Assembly (NCBI GenBank): GCA_963769935.1
Contig: CAVYNY010000009.1
Span: forward strand, 160,001-224,000
Direction: 5' to 3'
Source: an uncultured delta proteobacterium
GTDB taxonomy: Bacteria; Desulfobacterota; Desulfobacteria; Desulfobacterales; JAFDCJ01
Length of the DNA stretch: 64,000 nucleotides
The notes below the pieces were generated by a model, which saw only the letters and a list, made by a program, of their open reading frames with translations, made no database searches and was not told the DNA's origin. The position numbers and the translations under genes are program-made. Below are positions 50,150-59,481 of this stretch, piece by piece. Position 1 is the stretch's first letter, and each line of letters opens with the position of its first letter.

Positions 50150-51646
50150 TTAGGGATTCGGCTTTTTTAGTGTTTCCCGCACCTGCAGCCAGTCGTTTAT
50201 TTCAAGCAGTGTCTGTGTTAAATGATAGCGGCCGCCGGCATACACGCCATAGTCGCCGCCGCAGCCCATGGCTGAAGCAAAGCGGATGGTGTTGCCATAA
50301 AATTGCCATGCATCCGTCCATTTTTTCTCAATGGCTTCGTCAAAGGGGTTGGTTTTGAAGTCGGCCAAACCCTGCTGCCAGATATCATCCATGATTTGGG
50401 TTGCCGTTAGAAGGTCCGCATTGGTTTCTTGGATGGTATGCTCGAGTCTTTGCCACTGACCGTCGACCCAGGCGGTGCTGTGGCAATTCAAACAAGCGGC
50501 CTGCATGGCCTTTTGTCTTGCTTGTCTTTCTTTTTCGTCGATCAGATAAGCGGCGGCAAAGCTACCGTCCAGACCGGTCGGCAGCGGCTGGCCGTCTTGG
50601 TTGCGAATTACGGTTGTATCCGGATTTTGCGGGTGCGGGTGAGCATATATCAATCCGAAAAGCCGCCAGGGCAGGCGATTGTTCATCTGGTGGGTTCTTT
50701 CGGAAACCATCTTCTCATCCGCATTCACCAGCAGGCTGATATGACAGGCGGCACAGGTGGGTGCCGTGAAATCCTTGCCGATGGTCCAGGGGACGGCAGT
50801 GAAGTTCCATGATTGGCTCACCGACGCAAAGATGCTGCCGTGTTTGCTGGCCGCATAAACCTTATAAGCGGGTGCATCGGGCCCGACGTGACATTCCCGG
50901 CAGGTGTTCGGTTTGCGCGCCATCTCGATCGAAAAGCCGTGGCGGGTGTGGCAGGCGGTGCAGGCTCCCAGGCTGCCGTCCAAATTGATACGACCGACGC
51001 CCTGATTGGGCCAGCCTTCAATGACGGGAAATTTCAATTCGCCGGCAAGTTCCGTCTCCCGGGTTTGAGTGCCGGTTACCTTCAGCTTTGTTCCATGGCA
51101 GTAATAGCAGGTCTCAGCCCGGGTTGCTTCACCGGCCGGTTCAAAGGCTATTTTCCCATTCGTATTTTTTTTCCTGCCGATGATACTGGTTTCAAGCTTT
51201 TGATATAAAGGGTTGGCGGCCAGATTATCATAGGCATGGGCCATCAGATTTTCGGCGTATTGCTTATTTTCCACAGAATGGCAGACGGCGCAGTCCTGCG
51301 GGCTGACAACCACATGAATGTTATAGCCGTTGTGCTCAAAGGTATCGGTGTGGGCTTGAGGCCTGAGAGTGTGGCATTCCGCACAGCCAACGCTGGTATC
51401 CAGCAGGTTGGCAGGCACCGTTTGGCTGGAAACTTTCAGGGCCAGGCCTTCGGCAGCCATAGCGTGCCGGGGTGTGGTCAGGGCATGACGGCTGTTTTGC
51501 CAGTCCTTAACGATGCCGGGATGAATCACCGTGTGACATTCCAGGCAGTCTGCGGTGGCTTCACTGGCCGGCAGGTCTGCCGGAATCGCATTTGCCGCAT
51601 AAAAAACAACACTGCCGGCCATCAGCGCAATCAGGAGATTTTTCAT
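50150..51646 (-). CDS. Octaheme cytochrome c, hydroxylamine oxidoreductase family
   Basis: Signal peptide; eight CxxCH motifs (CLECH, CAECH, CAVCH, CYYCH, CTACH, CRECH, CAACH, CLNCH); GWPNQGVGRIN.DGS.G; SKHG; APTC. Confidence 0.9.
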   Translation of the reverse strand: MKNLLIALMAGSVVFYAANAIPADLPASEATADCLECHTVIHPGIVKDWQNSRHALTTPRHAMAAEGLALKVSSQTVPANLLDTSVGCAECHTLRPQAHTDTFEHNGYNIHVVVSPQDCAVCHSVENKQYAENLMAHAYDNLAANPLYQKLETSIIGRKKNTNGKIAFEPAGEATRAETCYYCHGTKLKVTGTQTRETELAGELKFPVIEGWPNQGVGRINLDGSLGACTACHTRHGFSIEMARKPNTCRECHVGPDAPAYKVYAASKHGSIFASVSQSWNFTAVPWTIGKDFTAPTCAACHISLLVNADEKMVSERTHQMNNRLPWRLFGLIYAHPHPQNPDTTVIRNQDGQPLPTGLDGSFAAAYLIDEKERQARQKAMQAACLNCHSTAWVDGQWQRLEHTIQETNADLLTATQIMDDIWQQGLADFKTNPFDEAIEKKWTDAWQFYGNTIRFASAMGCGGDYGVYAGGRYHLTQTLLEINDWLQVRETLKKPNP

Positions 51647-51890
51647 GGCGGGCTCCTTTTTTTGCCGGAGTTAGTGTGCAATCACCTTGCGCTTTTCAGG
51701 CAGAATGACATACATCATTTCACTTACGGACACGGCGTTCTGCGAGTCTAACCTCATACGGTGATTTTAGAACCAACTAGTCAATGGGCCGATACGCTAT
51801 TAACCCTGACATTGAAAATCTGGTGTTCTGAGTCAGGAATCCTTACTGTCAAGCGGTGTATAGCATGTAAGGCGTTAATTGTCCAAGGGT

Positions 51891-52271
51891 TTAAGCTGCC
51901 TGGCTATCCCCGATCAGCGGCAGTTCCTTGGTCACATTGAAAATTACCAGATATTTGGATTCGTCCCGGGCATCGATATATAGGCGTTTGCGCAATGATT
52001 CTAAAAGCTCCGTATCCTGCTCTTCCCGCACCTTGGTCAAATAGAGCCGCTTGCCCTTGTATCCGGGACCATGCTCGATGAACGTATAGGTTGCATGGGA
52101 ATTGGACTGCAAATTGTGATGGGTGAGTCGATCCCGCATGATGAATGCCAGGCTTCCGTCTTCCATGATGTTGGGTCTGGCGTAAACCGCCGCATCCACT
52201 TTACCGTCACCGTCTGCGGTAGCCAGAATTCCGGTGCCTTTCGCATTTTCAAAATATTCTTTAAGCGCCAT
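51891..52271 (-). CDS. Pyridoxamine 5'-phosphate oxidase-like FMN-binding protein
   Basis: GILATAD..G.VDAAVYARP, RLTHHNL..N, YKGKRLYL. Confidence 0.8.
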   Translation of the reverse strand: MALKEYFENAKGTGILATADGDGKVDAAVYARPNIMEDGSLAFIMRDRLTHHNLQSNSHATYTFIEHGPGYKGKRLYLTKVREEQDTELLESLRKRLYIDARDESKYLVIFNVTKELPLIGDSQAA

Positions 52272-52435
52272 TTGATTCTCCTCAATGTTTGCAAAATTGG
52301 TTTAAATTGTGATAATACAATGTTAGAAATTAATACAAAAAACAATAAATAAAAGGGGTCGTTGGAATGAAAATATTTGCATAATTAATTCGGGCTGAAA
52401 AATAATAAACAATTTGCCATCACAGGAGGTAATCC

Positions 52436-53767
52436 ATGCTTGATTTCACTCTGACTCCCGAACAATTGGAATTGCAGCAAAAAGCGCGCGAATTTGCCAG
52501 AAAAGAAATATTGCCGATCGCCTGGTACTATGACGAAATCGACGAAACCCCTTTGCCGCTGTTGAGAAAAGCTTACGACGCCCAATTGATAAACGGTGAT
52601 ATACCGCAGCAATACGGCGGCAAAGGCTGGGGACTGTTGGAAAATGTTCTAGCCACCGAAGAGTTCGCCGCCGCCTGTCCGGGCCTGGCCACCTCGCTTT
52701 TTGACAACTCTCTCGGGATGGAGCCGCTCAAGCTCTCCAAAAACGAAGCGCTCAAGAAAAAATATTTGCCCCGGATTTTAAACGAATTTAAGCTCATCTG
52801 TTTTGCAACCTCCGAGCCGACCATGGGCTCGGACGTGGCCGGCATCCGCTGCAGGGCCGCAAGAGACGGTGAAGACTATGTTTTAAACGGCACCAAGTAT
52901 TGGATTACCAACGGCGGTATTGCCGATTACATGTCGATATTTGCCACGGTGGATCCGGATTCCCGCCATGAAGGGATATGCGCCTTTCTAGTGGAAAAAG
53001 ACTGGGAAGGGGTGTCCATCGGCCGGAGGATCACGAAACTTGGACAGCGCGGTTCCAACACGGTCGGCCTGAATTTCAAGGACGTCAGGGTTCCCAAGGA
53101 TAATGTTCTGGCGCCGCCGGGGGAAGGATTTGAACTAGCCATGCGGACTTTTGCCCGTACCCGCCCGTCCATAGGGGCTTTTGCGGTTGGAACGGCGCGC
53201 TCAGCCATGGAATTTGCAATTGATTACACCAAAAAAAGACGCGCCTTCGGCACCAAAATCGCTAATTTCCAGGCCATTCAACACAAAATCGCCGAAATGT
53301 ATCAAAAAGTGGCGACATCGCGGCTGCTGGTCTGGAAAGCCGCCTGGGAAGCGGACCAGGGTCTGGATCCGACCATCACCGCTTCGATTGCCAAATTCTA
53401 TTCAAGTGAGGCTGCGCTGGAAGTCGCCAATCAGGCGCTGCAAATACTGGGCGGCTACGGCTATACCAAAATGTTTCCGGTAGAAAAGCTTCTGCGGGAC
53501 GCACGGCTTTTCAGCATTTACGAAGGCACCAGCGAAATCCAGCGCCACATCGTATCCGGCTATGCCATGAACGTCTATCAACCGGCCATGCCGCCGCTGG
53601 AGGATTTGCCGATTCAGCGGGCAATAGATCCGGCCGAGCTGGAAGGCGAAGAAGGCAAAACCGCCTGGCGCTGCCGGATTTGCGGATACGTGCACTACGG
53701 TGATGAACCGCCGGAAGAATGCCCGTATTGCTTTTTCCCGAAATCAGCCTTTAAAGAAACCAAATAG
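52436..53767 (+). CDS. Acyl-CoA dehydrogenase fused to a C-terminal rubredoxin-like domain
   Basis: SEPTMGSD, LNGTKYWITNG, QILGGYGY, IYEGTSEIQ; tail WRCRICGYVH...PPEECPYC. Confidence 0.93.
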   Translation: MLDFTLTPEQLELQQKAREFARKEILPIAWYYDEIDETPLPLLRKAYDAQLINGDIPQQYGGKGWGLLENVLATEEFAAACPGLATSLFDNSLGMEPLKLSKNEALKKKYLPRILNEFKLICFATSEPTMGSDVAGIRCRAARDGEDYVLNGTKYWITNGGIADYMSIFATVDPDSRHEGICAFLVEKDWEGVSIGRRITKLGQRGSNTVGLNFKDVRVPKDNVLAPPGEGFELAMRTFARTRPSIGAFAVGTARSAMEFAIDYTKKRRAFGTKIANFQAIQHKIAEMYQKVATSRLLVWKAAWEADQGLDPTITASIAKFYSSEAALEVANQALQILGGYGYTKMFPVEKLLRDARLFSIYEGTSEIQRHIVSGYAMNVYQPAMPPLEDLPIQRAIDPAELEGEEGKTAWRCRICGYVHYGDEPPEECPYCFFPKSAFKETK

Positions 53768-53851
53768 TGATAAGTTCATAGAAATCGTATTCATTCCCGC
53801 CTTGCGGGATTTGGTGTTTCAGGTTGAGTGTTTGGTATGAAGTAATTCTTA

Positions 53852-54072
53852 TCAGATGTCAGCCCGGCCGCCGGCCTGAAAAGCGGCCGAGCTGATCGAA
53901 AAAGAAACATAATAATTCACCGCAGAGCCCGCAGCCTCCGGCCCATAGGGCCTACGCCCCGGTGGGAGAACGCCGAGAAAGAAAGTTTTAATTAATCTCC
54001 GCGTTCTCTGCGCTCTCAGCGGTGAGACACTTCGTAAAAATGGCATCGAATTTAATGAAGTTTCATACGAGG
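53852..54072 (-). repeat. 221-bp composite dispersed repeat, copy 2
   Basis: Reverse complement of 34673-34893. Confidence 0.9.
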
Positions 54073-54073
54073 T

Positions 54074-54322
54074 TCATTTTTTAAAGACCCGGTAAATCAC
54101 CAGCAGCAGGATTGCGCCGCCTACAGCTACCATCAAACTGCGCAGATCAAAGCCGCTGACAGTGCCGAAACCGATTCGGGAGCCGATAAATCCCCCGACA
54201 AAAGCACCGGCGATTCCCAGAATAATGGTTATGACAAATCCTCCCGGGTCTTTGCCCGGCATAAGAAATTTCGCAATGATACCGACCACCAGTCCTAAAA
54301 CGAGCCAAGAGAGAATTCCCAT
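54074..54322 (-). CDS. GlsB/YeaQ/YmgE family stress-response membrane protein
   Basis: 82 aa; W.V.GLVVG.IAK.LMPG, LGIAGAFVGG, GAILLL; AAGGAG RBS. Confidence 0.92.
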   Translation of the reverse strand: MGILSWLVLGLVVGIIAKFLMPGKDPGGFVITIILGIAGAFVGGFIGSRIGFGTVSGFDLRSLMVAVGGAILLLVIYRVFKK

Positions 54323-54557
54323 ATTGTTCTCCTTTCAAACTTAAAAATAAATGAGCCTATAACAGAAAAAGCTGAGATGTCAAGATAGTCCGCCATAAGC
54401 CCAAGGCATCGTCTGCATCGGTTCAAACCGATATGGTTTAAATGACCCAGCCCCATCATTTACGCTTTTGTGCTCGGCCGATTGCAATTGATTTTAATAA
54501 GCGTTTTATATTTATGTTATTATGAACCTTTGAATCTCCACCAATGGAAGGATATAA

Positions 54558-57092
54558 ATGGACGACGCAGTTAAGGTTTATCGCCAACTGGAAGAAGAAT
54601 TTCACCGCCTGGCCCTTCATCGACCCATGCGGTTTGAGCGCTATGAAGCCGGCACCGAATTGGAATACATGGTAACGGATGTGGAAAATGCCAATCGGGC
54701 CGCAGTTCGCCTGGTGGTGGAAAATTTTGTCGGTGGCGGATTTGCCGGACAGGTTTACCGGGTTAAAGTGCTGGGAATCAACACCGAAGACGGTCCGCTC
54801 AATCATCTCCAGGTCGGGGAGACATACGCCGTAAAAATTTTAATTCCACCCTCGGGTTTCTCCCGGTTGTTTCGCAATGCGCTTTACTGGATCGGTTTCC
54901 AGGGGCCTTTTCAGCTTCAGGTCAACCCGGCGGCTGCCAGGACCGGTGCCTTGTGGCAAAAATTCATCCGGCGCGGCGCTGAAATTGCCTTCGGGAGTGA
55001 AACGGCCGTAGTGGATATTTATGCAACTTTTGTTGATGAAAAGCTGGGCAGCTGCGGTGAACTGAGTGAATGGGTGGCAGGCCGAACCTGGCGTCTGGAA
55101 GTAGATGATAATCTGGATACTCTGAAACGCTGGATGAAAGGTAAAAAAGTCGATCCCGCGAAATTGGGATCACCGGAATTTCGGGCTAAATATGAATTCA
55201 TGCAGCAGTTTGTCACGCTGCTGCATCAGATGGGTGCGCATGAATTTGCCAGACAGTACGAGTGGTCGACCTGGAAAAGCCAGCCGAATTGCCTGAAAAG
55301 AAATGATACCGACGAATCGCCGGCCGATGGGTTGACGGCCGTTGATTTCAGGGCCGGCCTGGCGCTTTTGCCTTTTTTGCCCATGAGTCCCGGTGATTTC
55401 AAACTGATTCTCACCGGACTGCTGCGCGGCAGCCTGGTGCAATTTGACCGGGGTGATATCGGCCGGCTGAAGCAATACATTGCAGCCCACCGGAGCCAAT
55501 TTGCCGATACGCAGACCATGCTCGCCGAGCTGGAAGCCGCAGAGCAGGTGTATCGCAACTCCATTCCGGACGTGACGCATAACCATGTGCGTCTGCTCTA
55601 CAGTCCGCAGCTTTGGGCTACAATGCTCAAAAGTGCAATAACGGGATGGAAAGTCAGAAACCTCATCAACGATTCATATCGCGCTAAACTGGCAAACAAC
55701 ACCCTGTTGACGCTGCTGTTTGGTGCCCTCGGGCTGATTCCATACCTCGGCCGATTTTTCAGACGCATCTGGGGTCAGCCTTTCTGGCGGACCCACTACC
55801 TGAAAATGTTGACCGACCGGCAATATCGGCGGCGATCCATCCGGGCCGGATTTATCGAAAAATTGATCAACTGGCATCGCGATGGTCGACTGGATGACCA
55901 AAAGGCCTTGCAAACGGCCGATCAAATCTGGCGCGTCTCATACCACTGGCCCCTGTCACTGCTGCCCGCCGGTCTTCACAGACTTCTGACGGACTGGCAA
56001 TATGCCAAAGAGCGGGTGGCGTATTACCTGTTGCGGCCGGTTCGTCTGTATTTCAACAACGAACTGCGCGAACAGTGGCTGCGGGACATGGTTGCCGATG
56101 GAAAAGAAAAAAACCTGCTGAACGATGAAGATGCCGCCGTGATCCTCTCTCAAATAAAGGAGCCTTACATTCAGAAGTATTTGAAAAGCCTGGCGGTTCA
56201 CGTCTGCACCCTGCCGGTTACCCAGGTTGTCTCGTTCACCCTGGCAATCATCTATGTCCTCACCCACCCCCAGATGCCGCGCGCCCAGGCCTATGCCACC
56301 GGCGTGGGGATTATCGCGCTTTTTCAGGTGGTGCCGATTTCACCGGGTTCGCTGGTTCGAGGCCTCTATGTGCTGTATCTGGTCATCCGGGAGAAAAATT
56401 TCAAGGATTACAATATCGCGGTGTTTCTGGGATTTTTCAAGTATATCGGCTACCTGGCCTTCCCGATCCAGATGACTTACCGCTATCCGGCTCTGGCCCG
56501 GTTCATGGCAGGTCACTGGGCCACCGAGGCCGTCCATGTTGTTCCTGTTTTTGGGGAAAAGGGCGCTCTGCTGGAGCACAAAATATTCAACCTGTTTTAC
56601 AATTGGCCTTTGACCATTCGATATCGCATGCGCCAACGCAGTCAGATAAGAGCTGCCATGCAGCCGCGCTACTGGCATATTGCGCTGTGTGCGATTGCGG
56701 CAATGGCGCTATTTGTACCGGTTGATTATACCCACTTGCAACGGTTCGGCAGCCTGCCGGATCTGAAACAGATCTGGGCATTGGCGCTGGCAGTACCCAT
56801 ACTGAGCGGGGCGGCCGTCACATTGGGCGCCGGGGGAGCCGGCATATGGCAGCGCATTATGGGGGCGGCCTTGTGCGGAGCGGCTGTCGGCCTTTTCAGT
56901 ATAACAATATCAGCCGGCTTTGGCGCCGCCAATTTCATCGGAATATCCGAGATCGCCGTCAACAGCATCTGGCGGGCCTTCGTGTTTACGATCGTTTCCA
57001 TAATCGGCGCACTGCTGACGGAAATTAATTTACCGGCGCCGGATGCCGAAAAACAGAGGACTGAGGGCAGAGGACTGAGGACTGAGGACTGA
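54558..57092 (+). CDS. Large hypothetical membrane protein with an atypical protein-kinase-like N-terminal domain
   Basis: VGGGFAGQVY, YAVKIL, SEWVAG, KSQPNCL, AVDFRAG in kinase order; multiple hydrophobic helices in the C-terminal half. Confidence 0.68.
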   Translation: MDDAVKVYRQLEEEFHRLALHRPMRFERYEAGTELEYMVTDVENANRAAVRLVVENFVGGGFAGQVYRVKVLGINTEDGPLNHLQVGETYAVKILIPPSGFSRLFRNALYWIGFQGPFQLQVNPAAARTGALWQKFIRRGAEIAFGSETAVVDIYATFVDEKLGSCGELSEWVAGRTWRLEVDDNLDTLKRWMKGKKVDPAKLGSPEFRAKYEFMQQFVTLLHQMGAHEFARQYEWSTWKSQPNCLKRNDTDESPADGLTAVDFRAGLALLPFLPMSPGDFKLILTGLLRGSLVQFDRGDIGRLKQYIAAHRSQFADTQTMLAELEAAEQVYRNSIPDVTHNHVRLLYSPQLWATMLKSAITGWKVRNLINDSYRAKLANNTLLTLLFGALGLIPYLGRFFRRIWGQPFWRTHYLKMLTDRQYRRRSIRAGFIEKLINWHRDGRLDDQKALQTADQIWRVSYHWPLSLLPAGLHRLLTDWQYAKERVAYYLLRPVRLYFNNELREQWLRDMVADGKEKNLLNDEDAAVILSQIKEPYIQKYLKSLAVHVCTLPVTQVVSFTLAIIYVLTHPQMPRAQAYATGVGIIALFQVVPISPGSLVRGLYVLYLVIREKNFKDYNIAVFLGFFKYIGYLAFPIQMTYRYPALARFMAGHWATEAVHVVPVFGEKGALLEHKIFNLFYNWPLTIRYRMRQRSQIRAAMQPRYWHIALCAIAAMALFVPVDYTHLQRFGSLPDLKQIWALALAVPILSGAAVTLGAGGAGIWQRIMGAALCGAAVGLFSITISAGFGAANFIGISEIAVNSIWRAFVFTIVSIIGALLTEINLPAPDAEKQRTEGRGLRTED

Positions 57093-57155
57093 GGACAGAC
57101 GCCAGAAGACAAAGGAAAGAAGGTGAGAGGGTGAGAAGGTGGGAAGGTGAGAACC
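57053..57155. repeat. 7-mer (actgagg) then 8-mer (gagaaggt) tandem arrays overlapping a CDS 3' end
   Basis: acagagg actgagg gcagagg actgagg actgagg actgagg; supplies the TGA stop at 57090-57092. Confidence 0.85.
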
Positions 57156-57177
57156 AACCGGAATAGAATTTTGCGGA

Positions 57178-58074
57178 TTAATTCTCATTATTTTCATTTT
57201 TTTGTAAGGCTTCGATGATCCGGGGAATATATTCCGGCGCTTTGCTTTGGTGAAAGCGGGCTGACCCGGCCCCGCGGTGACCGCCGCCGTCGAAATCGGC
57301 GAGCAGCAGGCCGACATTTACCCTGCAATCGGGTTTAAATATACTATGCCCTACGCTGACCGCGACCAGCTCTCTGTTCCGGTCTTCATAACGGATTCTC
57401 ACGTTCACGTAAGCCTCCGGAAACAACGAATAGACCAGAAAGCGATTGCCGACCGGCGTTTCGGACAGGGAGCGAAAATCGGTTATGGAGACATTTTTTT
57501 CAAGGCGGGTGTAATCTTTCAGATAAACAATATACCGCTTATTTTGTTCGGTAACTTCCCGGCAGCGCTGTTTTACTTCCGGATCGGCCAATACCTGTTC
57601 AAAATTAAAATCGGCGATAAGATCGACCAGTTTGTTCCAGTAGAGTTCACAGTCATGCTCGCCGTCAAAAACGGTCATGGAAAGCAGCACGTAATCATAT
57701 TTTTCAGGGTGAAGAACCTGATCCAGCGTAAGATCAGCCGAATCTATTTTATCGGTGGCTTCAACCAGCTCACTGTAATCGCGTTTAAACCGGCCTTTAT
57801 AATGTTCGAAGATTAAACCGGCCGCTGATGGCGCAATCTTAAAGATCCCTTTGAATGAGCGGTAAACCCGATTTGTATAATGATGGTCAAACCAGAGGGA
57901 ACATTTGTCGTCGTACGGCAGGTTGGCAAGGATGTCTCCTTTGCGGATTTCTACCAGACCATTTTGAATCTCGCTGGGCTCGACCCATTTCACCGGCTGC
58001 TCTATATGAAAGACTTCGCGAAGCAGGACGGCGCATACAATGCCGTCAAAATCCGGTCTGGTTACAATTCGCAT
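57178..58074 (-). CDS. DHH-family phosphoesterase (exopolyphosphatase-like)
   Basis: RIVTRPDFDG, FDHH, APSAA, GGGHRGAG. Confidence 0.88.
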   Translation of the reverse strand: MRIVTRPDFDGIVCAVLLREVFHIEQPVKWVEPSEIQNGLVEIRKGDILANLPYDDKCSLWFDHHYTNRVYRSFKGIFKIAPSAAGLIFEHYKGRFKRDYSELVEATDKIDSADLTLDQVLHPEKYDYVLLSMTVFDGEHDCELYWNKLVDLIADFNFEQVLADPEVKQRCREVTEQNKRYIVYLKDYTRLEKNVSITDFRSLSETPVGNRFLVYSLFPEAYVNVRIRYEDRNRELVAVSVGHSIFKPDCRVNVGLLLADFDGGGHRGAGSARFHQSKAPEYIPRIIEALQKNENNEN

Positions 58075-58195
58075 TAAAATCACCTAATCGGAAATGAAAA
58101 ATCTATTGATGTTTTGTAATTGTTGACATAACAGTCTGGATCGGCACCTTTTTTCATAGTATTGAACCACCTATTTTACAAGGAGGATTCACGTC

Positions 58196-58657
58196 ATGGC
58201 ACTATATCTTGTCCAACACGGCAAAAGCCTGTCAAAGGACGTCGATCCGGATCAAGGTCTTTCCGAAGAAGGCATTACGGAAACAAAGCGCATCGCCCAG
58301 GTAGCCCGGGAGTATCAGGTGCCCCTTGCGTACATCAAACAGAGCGGCAAAAAAAGGGCGCGCCAAACAGCTGAAATTTTTGCAGGCGCCCTGAACCCCG
58401 CCGGCGGGGTTGAAGAAGTCCGCGGATTAAAGCCGCTGGACGACGTAGCGGCTTTTGCCGCCACTATTGACGCCGCCGCCGATACCATGCTGGTCGGCCA
58501 TCTGCCGTTTATGGAGCGCATGACCTCCTATCTGGTGACCGGATCTGCCGACAAGCCTGTATTTAAATTTCAGAATAGCGGCATTGTCAGTCTTGAAAAA
58601 AATCCGGATTCGGGTTCCTGGGTCATTGTCTGGACCTTGATGCCAAAAATCGGGTAA
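58196..58657 (+). CDS. sixA: Phosphohistidine phosphatase SixA
   Basis: LYLVQHG, LSEEG, RARQTA, LVGHLP; AGGAGG RBS. Confidence 0.85.
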   Translation: MALYLVQHGKSLSKDVDPDQGLSEEGITETKRIAQVAREYQVPLAYIKQSGKKRARQTAEIFAGALNPAGGVEEVRGLKPLDDVAAFAATIDAAADTMLVGHLPFMERMTSYLVTGSADKPVFKFQNSGIVSLEKNPDSGSWVIVWTLMPKIG

Positions 58658-58692
58658 TTTATATCAGTGTTATCGGCCAAAGGGAGAAAAAG

Positions 58693-59460
58693 ATGAATTT
58701 TGAGTGTATTAATTATGTAAAACAGCAGGGCATTGCAACAGTTAAATTGAACCGCCCCCGGGTGCTGAACGCCATGAACAAGCAGTTGTGGCTCGATATC
58801 CAGGCCGCCCTGGAAGATGCCGGAGACGATGCAGAAATTAAAGTTCTGGTGATCACCGGTGAGGGACGAGCCTTTTCGACCGGTGCGGATTTAAAGGAAT
58901 CCAAAACCAGAACCATCGAAGAATACCGGGACTATCTGGAGGAACTCCAGGAGGCGTCGCGCAAAATCATCCGCTTTGCCAAGCCGACAATTGCCGCCAT
59001 CAACGGCTACGCCCTGGGTTCCGGTTACGAACTGGCGCTGGCCTGTGACATTCGCCTGGCGGCGCAGGAGGCACAGATCGGCTCTCCGGAGGCTAAAGTT
59101 ACCTCCTCTATCACCGGTGGGGCTTTCAGGCTGGTTCAGGATTTGATCGGTCCCGGCAAAGCGAAAGAACTTCTGTTTACCGGGGAGTACATTGACGGCC
59201 GGGAAGCCGAACGAATCGGCCTGGTCAACAAGGCCGTCCCTCTGGCGCAACTGGAAACGGAAGTCCGGCAGTTGGCCGCAAAAATTGCCGCCAATTCAGC
59301 CATCTCTCTGAAAATGATTAAAAAGGGACTGCAGATGGCCCGAGGCGAAATCAGCCTGGAGGCCTTGATGGATTTCGAAGTTGAAGCCTGTCTGACCTGT
59401 GTATCCACCAAGGAAAGACAGGAATCGTTGAAGGAGTTTGAAGAGCGCAAGAAGAGTTGA
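58693..59460 (+). CDS. Enoyl-CoA hydratase/isomerase family protein
   Basis: LNRP..LNA, FSTGADL, INGYALGSGYELALACD, PE. Confidence 0.93.
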   Translation: MNFECINYVKQQGIATVKLNRPRVLNAMNKQLWLDIQAALEDAGDDAEIKVLVITGEGRAFSTGADLKESKTRTIEEYRDYLEELQEASRKIIRFAKPTIAAINGYALGSGYELALACDIRLAAQEAQIGSPEAKVTSSITGGAFRLVQDLIGPGKAKELLFTGEYIDGREAERIGLVNKAVPLAQLETEVRQLAAKIAANSAISLKMIKKGLQMARGEISLEALMDFEVEACLTCVSTKERQESLKEFEERKKS

Positions 59461-59481
59461 AATAACAAGGAAGGGAACCAA

